A stretch of 61,594 nucleotides of DNA, the filler included, from Piptocephalis cylindrospora (taxonomy: Eukaryota), in assembly GCA_003614145.1 (NCBI GenBank). It is 12 parts of 12 records of this genome, joined end to end, with 100 filler letters (N's around TTAATTAATTAA, not from the genome) between each part and the next. Parts side by side here need not be neighbours in the genome. Positions count along the whole stretch, not along the records: positions 36,085 to 41,128 come from KZ988440.1; positions 41,229 to 46,262 come from KZ988441.1; positions 46,363 to 51,381 come from KZ988442.1; 9 more parts are not named here. The stretch is one strand, 5' to 3'. The notes under the pieces are model-generated. The model did no database searches and had not been told where the DNA came from. It saw only the letters and a list, made by a program, of their open reading frames with translations. A program made the translations under genes and the position numbers. Of this stretch, positions 36,849 through 49,609 are shown piece after piece (the stretch's first letter is position 1; every line of letters begins with the position of its first letter).

Positions 36849-39474
36849 ATGGATGACCTATTTGCTTATTTGCCCAAGTCGTTTGGAAAACGACGACATG
36901 GTACCGAGGACGAGGACGATGAAGGGGCAGAGAAGCGAAAGCAGACTACTCACCGAGGCAACAAGAAGCCGTTGGAAGAGGATCAAGAGAAACGATCCGG
37001 CCATGTGAAACCAACCAAGATTGCAGAAGAAACGTACGATAAAAAAGACCAGAATTCTTCAAAAGAAGACGGGTTAGTGCAGGATGAATTCGGCCATACC
37101 CAAGAGGATCTGGATGAGGATGGATCAAGCCTAAACCTCTCGGACGAAGAGGAAGAGGACTTGAAGGATTTACTGCCTCTGTCACATGAGGCGGTACTCA
37201 AAGACCATGATAAGGTAAGGTCCTAGGATGCTGCTTGAATGGCTCCTAGTTTAAGACAAGGAATGGGCTCACTCACCTTGCTCCTTCCTTTTGCGCGGAC
37301 ATAGGCCATTACGGCCATGACGATCGATAGATCGGGGATGCGTCTGGCCACTGGGGGATTTGATTATAAGGTCAAGTGTTGGGATTTTGGAGGGATGGAC
37401 AGCCGTCTTCGACCCTTCAGAACCTTTGAGCCGCGTGATGGGCATCAGGTGAGTCTTTGCCGGTGAGAGAAAAGGGCATCTCTATTTCATTTTATACTCT
37501 ATCGTCCATACTCATTCTCGGAGCGAACGATCGGCTTATGGGTAGGTAAGAGATCTGGCTTACAGTGGAACTGGGGACCGGTTACTTGTGGCCCCCAACG
37601 GAAACCAAGCCAAGATCTACGACCGAGACGGGAAAGAGCTCTTTGAGTGTGTCCGCGGAGACATGTACTTACGCGATATGCGGCACACCAAGTGAGTCAT
37701 TTTAGGGAAGGTATGCATGGGCTGTCTTGTGCTTCCCTTTCCTCATTATCATTCCCTCCTTATCGTTAGAGGACATGTGTCCGCCTTGACTGGGTGCCGT
37801 TGGAATCCCTTGGATCGTAATGCCTTTTTCACCTCCTCCCTTGACGGGACTGTTCGGTCAGTGAGAGGAACTGGAAACTGTATTTTCTTCCATCCCCCTT
37901 CCCTACCTTCTCATTCGTTCACTTTCCCTTTTGATGAACCATCGATAGACTTTGGGACGTACAAAATAAGAGGAGCCATAATGCTATTATGGTGCACATC
38001 TCCCGATCTCCCGGCGGTCGCTTTGGTGTCACGGCCATGGATGTTCACCCAGAGGGGACTAGTCTCTTGACGGGTGAGTTGGTGGAGGCAGGGTGGGGCT
38101 GGTGTGGGGGTGGGCGGTAAAGCAGTCGTGTTGGGCCTTAACATTCCTTTTTCTCAATATTAGGATCGAATGATGGGTCTATTAGCCTTTGGAACCCCAG
38201 AGGCCCTTATCATCGTCCCATACAAGTACGTGTGGGGAGAGAAGTCGAAAAGCTGGATGCAAGTCATATCCTATACTAGTCAAATTTCTTCTCTCACCCT
38301 ATCTGCCACCAATCGTTCCAGGTGATCCCTAAGGCCCATACAAAAGGAGAGGATGTAACTGCAGTGTCCTTTAGCCCAGATGGAGGGAAATTTCTAACTC
38401 GATCTGCTGATGCCACCCTAAAGCGTATGTTGGAACCATGAGTATTGGTGTGTGCTACGCTCTAGGCCCATTCTATCATTAATCCATCCTAAAATTTATA
38501 GTGTGGGATATCCGTCAAATGCGCTCGCCTGTGGTCAAACCCAGGGAGGATCTGGATCTCGCATATGCCGAGGCCAATGCGGTATTTAGTCCGGATGGGA
38601 CATTCATCCTTGCTGGAATCACTTCTAAAGCCCAAGGGAAGCAAGGTGGCGGATTGGCCATTCTGGAAACCTCCTCCCTGGAGACGGTGCAATGGCTGGA
38701 TACCAAGGATGCTGGGGTAATCAAGGTGGTTTGGCATCCCCTGATCAATCAAATTGCTATGGGTATGACGGATGGATCCTGTCGCATTCTCTATGAGCCC
38801 TCCCACCTTTCCCAGAAGGGTGCCATGCTTTGCGCCGCCAGGGCCCCACGGAAAAGGCCCATGGAGGATAGTATGGTCGGGGGTCAGGCTATTCTTACTC
38901 CCTTTGCCTCCAGTGATTCCTCCGGTCATTCCCTACGTGGGTACCGAAAATCCCAAGATATCTCCAAATCTGGAAAGCGTCGACAGCAACTTCCCGGTAA
39001 GCCGAGTGTATGGGGTAAAGGTATTTCACTAGGGGCTATGGATCTAATCTCATCACTTTCTAGAGCAACCGGATGCCTTTGGCAAGGGTGCTGGGGGTAA
39101 GTTGGGCAGTAGTTTGACCTCTCAAATCATGAAGGGGATCATTAAGGATACAACACGAGGTAAGCTGAGAGGGCTGAGTTGGATAAGTAATAGAGAGGAT
39201 GTCTGGATCTTCGCTGATGTACCATCTACTTTCCTATGATTAGATGTGGATCCAAGAGAAGCCATTTTAAAATATGCTGAGGATGCAAAGAGTAAGTCAT
39301 CATTCTAACTTAAATGAATGATGTAAACGTTAGTAAATGGGCGTGTACTTACTCTTCTCCTTCTTCAACCTTCTAGATGATCCTTATTGGGTAGATCCAG
39401 CTTATAAGAAGAGTCAGTCTATCGAAAAAACCAGGGAGCAAGAAGAGGAGAGGAAGAATGATGATTCGAATTAG
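36849..39474 (+). CDS. WDR70: WD-repeat protein WDR70/GAD-1 homologue, many short introns
   Basis: LPKSFGK, LPLSHE, WDFGGMD...PFR, GDMYLRDMRHTKGHV, and C-terminal DPREAILKYA...DPYWV.PAY. Confidence 0.92.
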
Positions 39475-40160
39475 TTTCGTCCAGGATAGGAGATCGTGGA
39501 GTGAGGACGGATTTATTTTCGTGTCATGCTGACTATCAATTCATTTTTCTTTGAAGACAGACGCGGTCTTCCACTCTACAATTTATATTCAATTTCACCA
39601 ATTAGTATGGTTCATGGTGGTTAAATGTAAATCACGAGATGGCCGTCTCTCTTGGTCAAGCAAATTGGTTTACGTGAGCAAGGCATGAACCATGGCATTA
39701 CCCCTGGCTGTGGTGCGGTACGGTGCGTAGCATTGTTCTACATGGCAAGATAGGCAAAAGGATGACGAGGCATATTACCTACTCACAACTGGGATGCATA
39801 TTTACCCCTAGCCACACATACCCGTCCCATTACGCTACACGATACTTTGAAGGAGAGATATCCCACACCGAGAGCAGGGGGCGACGGGTGCCGAGAATCA
39901 CACACGTCTGTCCTCCAAAGGCGCGCGTTATGTGCACACCAACGCCACTACTTAAAACCACAATGCATCTTTAGGTGGACCAGCCTCTCCCACCTCCCTG
40001 ACATCCTCTCCTTCTCCCTCCCTCCCTTCTCCCTCTCCCCCTCATTTCCCGAACGCGTATTGTCTTCATTGGTGTCATCCCATTTGCTGGATCATCACTA
40101 CGCTTTTACCTCTCTTTCTATCTCTTTCCACCTTCTACCCGTCGATTCGACCCCACGAGG

Positions 40161-41128
40161 ATGTGGCCCTTGCTCCGTTTAAGGGATGGGAAGCTAGCCT
40201 TGTGGAGCTTGCTCCCCTCCCTTCTCACCCTTGCCCTATTCCTCACTCTCAGCCTACCTACGCAGGTTTCTGCCATCTATGAGGATCAAAAGGGGTCACT
40301 TGACTGGTACATTATCACCTCCAATTTCCCTTATCTTCCTTCGTTCCATCCGAATACTTACCCCACTGCTCATCTATAGGCAATTGCAAGGCGTTGGTCT
40401 CCCAAAGGAAACCCAATTTCTTCGACCCACTACCCTTTCCAAGGACAATCTCTCTGAATCATTGATCGTATCCACTGACCGGAACATCCTTGCCAAGCTC
40501 AGTGTCGCTGATGGGTCCATCCTGTGGAGACGTCAGCTAGATGGCCCTATCCATTCTGTTCGACTGATTGGCCAAGGTGGGTTGATATATGGTGATGCCT
40601 ATCCTCTCTTCGTGTCTTCCTTCTGCTGATTATCCTTCATCTATACTATAGACATCATCACTCTGTCCTCTCCAAAGCACCTCGGGCAATCTAGGGGCAC
40701 GCATTTATCTGTTTGGAATAGTGAGAGTGGAATTCTTCGCCAAACCGACATTTTGCTTCCCTACCCGGCCTATCAACTTCTTCTTCTTGATCTTGAACCC
40801 GACTCCCTGCTCATTGTGGGAGATACCCGAGTGGAAAAGTGGTCCAGTAAGACCAAGAGTATTCAATGGTCCTGGAGCATCCCCTCCAAGGGAGAGTCAG
40901 AGGGTATGATCCAGGTCAAAAAGGTGGACGCCCAGGAAAGTTCGGGTCAGGTGTACATCACTGGACCCGTGGAAGAGGGAAAGGTGGCAAAATGGGCCAT
41001 TGAATCTGTCAATCTCTCCACTGGAACCTCTGGGTCATCCTACGTGATTGAAGGGGTACATGACAACGCTATCCTCGTTCTTGGCCCCTCCGAAACTACC
41101 CTCATGTGGGTGGATGAGCGGTTCCGTA
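40161..41128 (+). CDS. EMC1: ER membrane protein complex subunit 1, N-terminal part (truncated)
   Basis: Signal peptide followed by AIYEDQKGSLDW and IVSTDRNILAKL...GSILWRRQL. Confidence 0.88.
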
Positions 41129-41228
41129 NNNNNNNNNNNNNNNNNNNNNNNNNNNNNNNNNNNNNNNNNNNNTTAATTAATTAANNNNNNNNNNNNNNNN
41201 NNNNNNNNNNNNNNNNNNNNNNNNNNNN
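41129..41228. other. Artificial contig linker
   Basis: 44N-TTAATTAATTAA-44N. Confidence 0.99.
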
Positions 41229-42335
41229 GGGGAGCATCGGAAGCCCCGATGAGACTGGGGGGGAAGGGAAAGGTCAGGGGGGGGAACTGACCCGCGGAGG
41301 GGGGGGGGAGGGTGCGTGCATGTGGGCAAGAGGCTGGAGAGCGGGTTCCATCCCCACTGAAGGAATCTTTTGCTATACCCACATATTCAGAATGTGTGAG
41401 TCATGTAAATTGAGAAGGGGGGGGGTTGGAGAGAGTGGTCACCTTGGATTGGGATGGACTAGACTTTTCCCAGGACAGATACAGGCATGGCATAGGTAGG
41501 GTAAAGTGGATTTGAGCAGTTGTTCTCTAGAAAATGTATACAAGAAACCCTTCTCATGTTTGCTTCTTAAGCAAGGCAGGAGAACATCAGTCTTACCTCA
41601 TCCCCAATCCAAAGATAAGCCATTGATTGGTGTAGGGTATCCTGCAGAGCCAACTCACTATCCAGAGTGCTCCCCACCCCCGTTTCTTTCAGCACTTTGA
41701 AACACATGTCCTACAGCTCCCGAAGCATTCATGCAAGCCTTGGTCATGCATAGACAATCTGTAGAGGAAGGGGAAGTGAACTTATCTGCACTTGGTCATC
41801 CAGGATGAACAGCCTTGCTTGTAAAACTAGGGTGATTATCTACCAAGAATCCGCTTGCCTTATCCACTGAAAAGCATAAAGGCGATACACTGTCATAGAA
41901 AAAGGAGCAAGATCTACCCTGTGCATATCCGGGTCAGTAAGCGGGCGGTAATGGCGAAAGTGGTCATTTTCAGCCTTGAATTTCCTATGCTTAGAAGGCC
42001 TTCGCTTCTCTCCCCCCTTTGAATCCCTGTATGTATCATCACATTTTTCCGTCTTACATCATAGCCCATAAGAAAACACCATCGCATCCTAGGCGATTTT
42101 ATGATTATGATCGATTAATGATTAGCAAACAAGAACCAAGATGCCATATGGAACGGCCGCAACAGTGCCGCACAAAGGAAAGCGTACTATTCCAAGGGTG
42201 GTTGATTAGAGTGTATTCAAACGATAAGATCCATGCTTCTCCAAACTCAGGATCACTTTTCTTGTCCTAAGACTTTATAGAGATGCAGAGTACAATGGGT
42301 AGGTGGAGGACCAGCCACACTCTTCACCCTCTCTT

Positions 42336-42344
<9 letters not shown>
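41229..42344 (+). repeat. 1116-bp terminal inverted repeat, left arm
   Basis: Reverse complement of 45147..46262; the ORF track shows identical mirrored ORFs in both arms. Confidence 0.97.
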
Positions 42345-42376
<32 letters not shown>

Positions 42377-42384
42377 GCGCGCGC
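42341..42384. repeat. (AC)17(GC)5 alternating purine-pyrimidine tract
   Basis: Read directly; it abuts the stop codon at 42385. Confidence 0.95.
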
Positions 42385-42951
42385 TCAGTTGGTCTCGGCT
42401 CCAGCCCCGGGGCCCTGCTCACGGTGTCGACGCCGCACCTCCTCAGCACGACGGTCCTCTTCGCGGAGCTTGTCCAACTTCTCCTGCTCCAGCTCCTTTC
42501 GCCTAGTTTCGGCAGCCTCCAGCTTGGCCTCAACTTCCTCCCCTGAGAGGCCACTGGATGCATCCTCCCGGGCAGCCTGGGCCGTGTCGATCTTCTTGAG
42601 CTGATCCTGAATTCGCTGGACCCGTTCGTGCTCCAATTCTTTACGGCGTTGTTCCGCAGCCTCCAGCTTGGCCTCAACTTCCTCTGCGCACTGGGCGCTC
42701 GCATCGGCAACCTGAGCAGCGACGGCTTTGGCGTGCTCCACATCGGCCTTGGCCTTGGCCACTCTCTCCTCCTCCAGGGCCTTCTTTCTCCCGGTGGCCT
42801 CATCCAACTTCTGAGTCACCTCATCAATAGTCAACTCCTTTTTTCCTGCAGCCTCGGCCTCCATACGACGCTTGATATGATCGGGAGGAGGACTTGCGGG
42901 GTTGTCGGACAGGTTAATGTCAAAGGACGTTGCGTGAGCATCCACAGTCAT
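42385..42951 (-). CDS. Stathmin-like protein (188 aa) with three helical repeats
   Basis: SFDINLS..SPP, ELTIDEVTQKLDEATGRKK, two copies of EEVEAKLEAAE.RRKE, and KLDKLREEDRRAEEVRR. Confidence 0.8.
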   Translation of the reverse strand: MTVDAHATSFDINLSDNPASPPPDHIKRRMEAEAAGKKELTIDEVTQKLDEATGRKKALEEERVAKAKADVEHAKAVAAQVADASAQCAEEVEAKLEAAEQRRKELEHERVQRIQDQLKKIDTAQAAREDASSGLSGEEVEAKLEAAETRRKELEQEKLDKLREEDRRAEEVRRRHREQGPGAGAETN

Positions 42952-43907
42952 GATAATTGGTGTTGTGCTTTGGAGCGGGGATACAGTGACGAAGAAAGGG
43001 GAGAGGGGGAGGAGGCTAGAATGGCCTTACAACAATGAGGGGATGAAGGGAAGGGGGAGGGAAGGGGGAGGGAAGGGGTGAAAGAAAGTAAATGGGAGAA
43101 AAGATGGGGAATAAAAGAGATCAGAGGACAGAAACGACATGGCTTTTATAACTATTCAAGCTTCAACTCCCGAATAGGCCAAAAGGTGGATGGCCTGGGG
43201 CAAGGCAAGGGCTATTCTGGGACAATGGGAGCGAGGACGTCATCCTCAAGGAGGTCGCCCGCCCACTCAATGTGCAGATGACATCAAGGCGTTTGGTATG
43301 CTCTTTAAACCTTGGAATAGTCCCTTCTCCCAGGGGTGTCACCAGACTCTCCTGCCAAGAACAGAGCCCATCGCCGCCTACCCTGTCTCCTCTGCTAGCA
43401 ACACCAGTGCCATACTGTGCGTACAGGGGAGGAGATATGCATGGACGTGTCCACTCCGACACCAGCTCTTCTCCGAGCAGCGCGCCTCACCCTACTTGCC
43501 TGCTACCCACTGCCCATCATCCCCCAAGTCCATAAGTGGTTCCGGAACCGTCTGGGGCATGTTGCACATGGAGGAGATGGAGGGAGGGGACTGGGACTAG
43601 GCAGATCACCTCCTTGAGGTGTCCGGAGCAGGCGGATATCTCCTAGACGAATGGTGCGCAAGAGACATGAATCCCTCCCTTCTCGGACCAATCCGCCCTT
43701 GTGGGCACTCTAGGATGATCAGACAGGTTGTGGTACAAGGACAGAATGGTGCGCTGGACATTTTAAATGACAGTGACCCGAGGAGGCAAGCAGCACCGAG
43801 ATTAAACGAAACAGGAAGATGGACTGGCAAGCATCATCTAAAAAAGGGGATGGACTCATTCATCCACTTCATCCTTCCTCCCCCTTGCATATACAGCGCA
43901 TCCCCTC

Positions 43908-44887
43908 TCATCGGGAAGAGGAAGGAAGGTGGGTCATTCGAGTAAAGATAAGAAGATCCGGTCGACCAGGCCCGAGACTCAAGGACCATCCGGCTCCATG
44001 TACACACAACACCTGCCTAGGGGCGATACGAGTGATGGCGGAATCAGCGGAGAGGAGAGGATCCATGAGGATACATATCGACCCCGTGGGACCCATCCAG
44101 GGACTAGTACAAGACACAATGGCTGATGCGCCTGCTTGACCCGTCGAGGGAGATATGATCCGTTTGATCTCCATGGCTCCTGCCTCCCGCACGGGCTCCT
44201 GAGCACGGGAGAAGCCTTGCACCCACCGAACATGCTCATCTCGCTCTCGACGCAAGAGCATCGAAAGGCGCTCGGCCAGACCACCGGGTACATATCCACT
44301 TTTTGTACCACGAGGATGAGCGGGAGTAGTGGCCATTATCCCCGTGCTCGTCCGCCTCCCCAATGTCCGTCGAAGGCTCCTTTCCCATAGACTGGTCGGT
44401 CTGACTCCTGAAGCAATAGGGAAGGAGGGAGAGAGTGGAGTGTGTTCATCACCATTCAGCCCCCTCTCTTCCAGTCCATAAATAGGTCTAGGCGTCCATG
44501 ATTCCCTAGCTTCTTCTCTAGAGGAATGCCGCGAAGAGGGCGTCTAGTTATAGGAGCAAGGGTTGGTTGAGCACATATTATCCAGCCCAAACGCTACAGC
44601 CATCTCCGTTAAAGTACCTCAGCAGCCTGTCCTGGGGTCGACGGGATCTCGTTCCTAGCAGTAGAAGGCCCAGTAGGGAGGCGAAACCAAGGGTAAGGGC
44701 TACTGGACCCTGGGCCACCCACCTCACTCAGCGTCCTGCTAAGCTCATCGGCCTGCTCAGCCCCCCGAGAATCTAGTACTGTCCCATAGCCCGACTCGAC
44801 CGTATCTCCCACTGTGGATCGTGGGTAGGACCGGGATCCGACTTGACGCAATCGGAAACGATAAGTAGGCCCATAGGGAGGATGCAT
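43908..44887 (-). CDS. Hypothetical protein (~301 aa) with a SPIDR/DUF4502-like motif; exons 44887..44618 and 44543..43908
   Basis: A 74-nt GT-AG intron joins the two ORFs in frame; GGLAERL..L.RRER....W motif. Confidence 0.6.
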
Positions 44888-45146
44888 AGGGAGCGCTGAA
44901 ATCGTGTTGTTGGAAACAAAGTGTAAAGAAAGAGTAGCCGTTCTTAGACATGATATATCTTGTGTTTGAATGGACCATTTGTTATTATTTTCTTGAGACA
45001 TTTCTATCAGATATGCATGATCTTTTCTGGCATAGCGCTAAAACATGAAATTATCCTTTATCGTTACATATATTTAAAGAAATTACTTACTCCTGAATTA
45101 AAAGTAGTCCTTCATATTCCAATGGTAAATTCTAGGGAGAATCGGC

Positions 45147-46262
45147 GTGTGCGAGAAGAGAGGGTGAAGAGTGTGGCTGGTCCTCCACCTACCCATTGTA
45201 CTCTGCATCTCTATAAAGTCTTAGGACAAGAAAAGTGATCCTGAGTTTGGAGAAGCATGGATCTTATCGTTTGAATACACTCTAATCAACCACCCTTGGA
45301 ATAGTACGCTTTCCTTTGTGCGGCACTGTTGCGGCCGTTCCATATGGCATCTTGGTTCTTGTTTGCTAATCATTAATCGATCATAATCATAAAATCGCCT
45401 AGGATGCGATGGTGTTTTCTTATGGGCTATGATGTAAGACGGAAAAATGTGATGATACATACAGGGATTCAAAGGGGGGAGAGAAGCGAAGGCCTTCTAA
45501 GCATAGGAAATTCAAGGCTGAAAATGACCACTTTCGCCATTACCGCCCGCTTACTGACCCGGATATGCACAGGGTAGATCTTGCTCCTTTTTCTATGACA
45601 GTGTATCGCCTTTATGCTTTTCAGTGGATAAGGCAAGCGGATTCTTGGTAGATAATCACCCTAGTTTTACAAGCAAGGCTGTTCATCCTGGATGACCAAG
45701 TGCAGATAAGTTCACTTCCCCTTCCTCTACAGATTGTCTATGCATGACCAAGGCTTGCATGAATGCTTCGGGAGCTGTAGGACATGTGTTTCAAAGTGCT
45801 GAAAGAAACGGGGGTGGGGAGCACTCTGGATAGTGAGTTGGCTCTGCAGGATACCCTACACCAATCAATGGCTTATCTTTGGATTGGGGATGAGGTAAGA
45901 CTGATGTTCTCCTGCCTTGCTTAAGAAGCAAACATGAGAAGGGTTTCTTGTATACATTTTCTAGAGAACAACTGCTCAAATCCACTTTACCCTACCTATG
46001 CCATGCCTGTATCTGTCCTGGGAAAAGTCTAGTCCATCCCAATCCAAGGTGACCACTCTCTCCAACCCCCCCCCTTCTCAATTTACATGACTCACACATT
46101 CTGAATATGTGGGTATAGCAAAAGATTCCTTCAGTGGGGATGGAACCCGCTCTCCAGCCTCTTGCCCACATGCACGCACCCTCCCCCCCCCCTCCGCGGG
46201 TCAGTTCCCCCCCCTGACCTTTCCCTTCCCCCCCAGTCTCATCGGGGCTTCCGATGCTCCCC
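45147..46262 (-). repeat. 1116-bp terminal inverted repeat, right arm
   Basis: Reverse complement of 41229..42344. Confidence 0.97.
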
Positions 46263-46362
46263 NNNNNNNNNNNNNNNNNNNNNNNNNNNNNNNNNNNNNN
46301 NNNNNNTTAATTAATTAANNNNNNNNNNNNNNNNNNNNNNNNNNNNNNNNNNNNNNNNNNNN
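46263..46362. other. Artificial contig linker
   Basis: 44N-TTAATTAATTAA-44N. Confidence 0.99.
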
Positions 46363-46467
46363 TGACTTTTCAAGAAGCCTCATTTGGACTTGTTCCTGCT
46401 TTGACGGATGAGACACACCCTTATTCTTCCCCCTTTCTTTCTTCCTCAACCACCTCGTTGCTTTAGC

Positions 46468-49400
46468 ATGTTTCCCTCGGGCCCTCGGGATGCAAACCGT
46501 CAATCCTTACCAAGTGATTATGATGCCCGTGCCCTCCTGGACCCGCCCCCACTCTCCCGACTCATTACGCGACATCCCACCTCATTTCTTCTTCCTGGTT
46601 CCATAGAGGCAGGGATCTACAGCCCACGAGAGGAAAAGTGGCACTTTCGTCAGTCATATACCTCTGGTAACTTGCCTCCTAAATATGTTTTCTTACTTGG
46701 GTACTTCATCCTCACTCAAACACTATTGTACCATCCTCATTGCCCAGAGCGATGGCAACCAGCAAGACAGATCCACCAGGTAGCCTCCCCTTCCCGTACC
46801 CGTCCTGCGGTGCCCAGAGATCATGAAGAGCTAGGATTGAGTGGATATACTTCTCCAGAAGCACCGGGGACTCCTGAACCAGAGGATCCTGATCCATACG
46901 CCCTTCCACTCGATGTAGTGGCCTCTCTCCCAACCTATGTGAAGCCTCGTCTCTCCTCTAATGTTGCCTACGGCAACCCTATGGGACTCCTTCCTTCGTC
47001 AAATGATGAGGAATTTTCCTCTTTGCTTTATCCCGGGGGCAACCGAGGCCAGATTTTGTGTATGTTGTGAAGGAAGGATGTAGGTTTCATTCCCATCCTC
47101 CTCTCTCCCCTCTCAACATGACTCACACTTCATCCCATTGCTAGGCCGATCAAGAAGATCTAAAAATCCTTCTTCTGCACCTCTCTTCACCTACCCTCAC
47201 CCCATACTTGACCTGGTGGTTTCGCCTACAATCGGATATCAGGAGAATCGTATGTGGGTGTGTGGATCATGTCATCCGGTCGGGCATATGCTGGCCCTGC
47301 TGACCCCCTATACCCTTTTCCATATCTAGGCTTGATTTCCATACGCACTGGAGCATCCCTACATCTCCAATGCCTGAGCGAAAGGGGCGAGACTATCGTG
47401 GTGGAGGATAGAGAGGTGTTGGAATGGGGTACACCAGCATTGGCAATGACCTTCCATCCTCGATGGCCAGGGGAACTGGCCATAGTGGACCAATCTGGGA
47501 GAGTTGGAATCTGGGAGGAAGGGTGAGTACCGTGAGCGGTGTGGGAGCGCAAGAAAATCAAACGCCCTAACTCACCCTGTCTTCACTATATTCTCCATCT
47601 AGTGGGACGCAATGGATGGAGAAAGACCTCACGGCAATGGATGGTGTATCCACAGATCCCTCATCCATCTCCCGTATCATTCCTTCTCTACATTATGGCG
47701 ATCATCCTCGTACGCTTTGGTCCGGGGCAGGTAAAGCTGGTATACTTTCCACTGACCTCCGTGTAAGTCATCGTTCAATCCCTCTTCTTTGTCCTTCGCC
47801 TGTTTGGGATACCAAGGAATCCAACTGATATCCGCTCTCTGGTTATAGTCTGGAGAGATACACTCTATCTGGAAACCATCCTCCTTCCAGGACCCTTCCT
47901 CGTCGAATCCCACTCTGCATCACTTTACCTCCCTCCCTGGTCTGGGTAGGTCTCATTATTTGGCGGCGCGTACCACCTCACACACTGGGCTGATCGATGT
48001 ACGGTGGGGTCGTGGGTTTATCATGGCATGGGAGGCCCTTCGTGGGGTACGAGGACAAGGAATGGGGCAAAGCGGGCTGACCTGGGTTCCCCGCACGAGC
48101 ACGCTTCCCTCATCCACAACTTCTGTGGGTGTCCTCCTGGACTGGTCTCGGGACACGGGTGATACAGTGGCATACACACTCATGCCCACTCCAGCCTTGC
48201 ATGACAAAAAACCGGATGGCATGGGTCTTGCTCCGTATGACCATTCCTTTCCCTCGCTTTTACCCTCCACGGGCTTCTGGCCTTCTCAGCCTTTGTCGGC
48301 CTCAGGGCTCCTCTACCACCATTCCCGGGCTCACACCGTCGGTAGAGAGTGTGGGCCTCCGGGAGTGGTGGGAATGGTCGGGAGATGGAAGGGAGATGCA
48401 GAGATTTCCCTATGGCAAGGTCGAGAGGATGGATCAGTACACCAACGTCAATTTTCCTGGGGTGTACTTTCAGAAAGCCCTGACTCAGAAATGAGTGAGG
48501 GAATGGAAGAGGCTATCCTGAATTGGACCCAGGTGGACGGAGAAGAGGCTGAGTCCTCGCGCCGAGAAGTGGACTTTCAAGGCTTGTTTCGGGGTAAGCT
48601 TCATGTCTATTGCTATGGAAGGAAATTTACTTCTAGAACATGGTATGGATCCTAGAGGATTGAATTGACCAACCATCATCACCATACCATTTCTATGGAC
48701 ATGCTAGGATTGGATAGATTCGATGAGCAAATGGATGAGGATACGCCAAATTCTGGTCTTGGTCCGTACCCACCGACGCTTTGGGAGCTAGAAAGATCTA
48801 TCGGACCAGATGAGCGACCCGTACGAGTAGAAGGATGGGAGGAACTTCTATCATTCCAGGGCCTATCCCTTATCCCAATATGGAGAGGAGAAGGAGAGGA
48901 GGAGGAGGAGGAGAAGGATGGTGATTATGATGAGATGGATGAGTCTCTTTGGAAGGAAAGATCACAAAACCTGATTGTCTTATCCAGGCCCTCCCCAATC
49001 AACCAAGACCTAGATAAAAAGGCCGCTTTAGTCCAAACAAGTGCTGATCAGGATGAAAATATGCCCTCCAAGTCGACTTCATGGGCTCCGTCTTATCTAC
49101 AGCCCAGGATTATTGATTTGAGCAATAGAGAAGTAGGGCAAGCCGACACATGGTCTACAACCCTTTCCCCTTTGGTGCAGCACCTCAAGGATGCATGGGA
49201 TAATGAGGATAGTATCGCCTCCCTTCAAGGATTACATCTTGAATCAAGGGAGGAGCCAATGGATCGTAAATCAGATGGATCGTCTAGAATCCGTAAAGAT
49301 CCAGGCGACCTCTCCAAAGTGCCTCAGGTACAGGTCACAGGTATTACCTCTTCTCCTTCCTCCTGGGACCAGGGACTCCCCAAAGTCCTCGCTTCCTCCC

Positions 49401-49609
49401 AATCCCAATCTCAATCTCAATCCTCCCAAGGAGGTATGGGTCCATGGAGTCAACCCTCCACGTGGCATGGTATGGGAATTGAGGAAGACGGGTCAAGCCA
49501 GCCTGACCCTTCCCTTCATTTTGCCTCCCAGGGAGGGGGTGGCGATCAGAGGAAGAACGGAGAGAAGCAGCAGAAGAAGAAAAAGAAGAAGAGGGTGGTT
49601 GGATTTTAA
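46468..49609 (+). CDS. Multi-exon protein, probably RNA Pol I core factor Rrn6/TAF1C-like
   Basis: WD-like segments (FHPRWPGELAIVDQSGRVGIW, TDLR, GLIDVRW), an SQ-rich tail and a terminal KKKKKKRVVGF as recalled for fungal Rrn6; exon boundaries are approximate. Confidence 0.55.

Noticed and set aside
41506..42270. Short ORFs duplicated in both inverted arms
   Set aside because: They have non-ATG starts and no domains, and are duplicated only because of the inverted repeat; none is a transposase.
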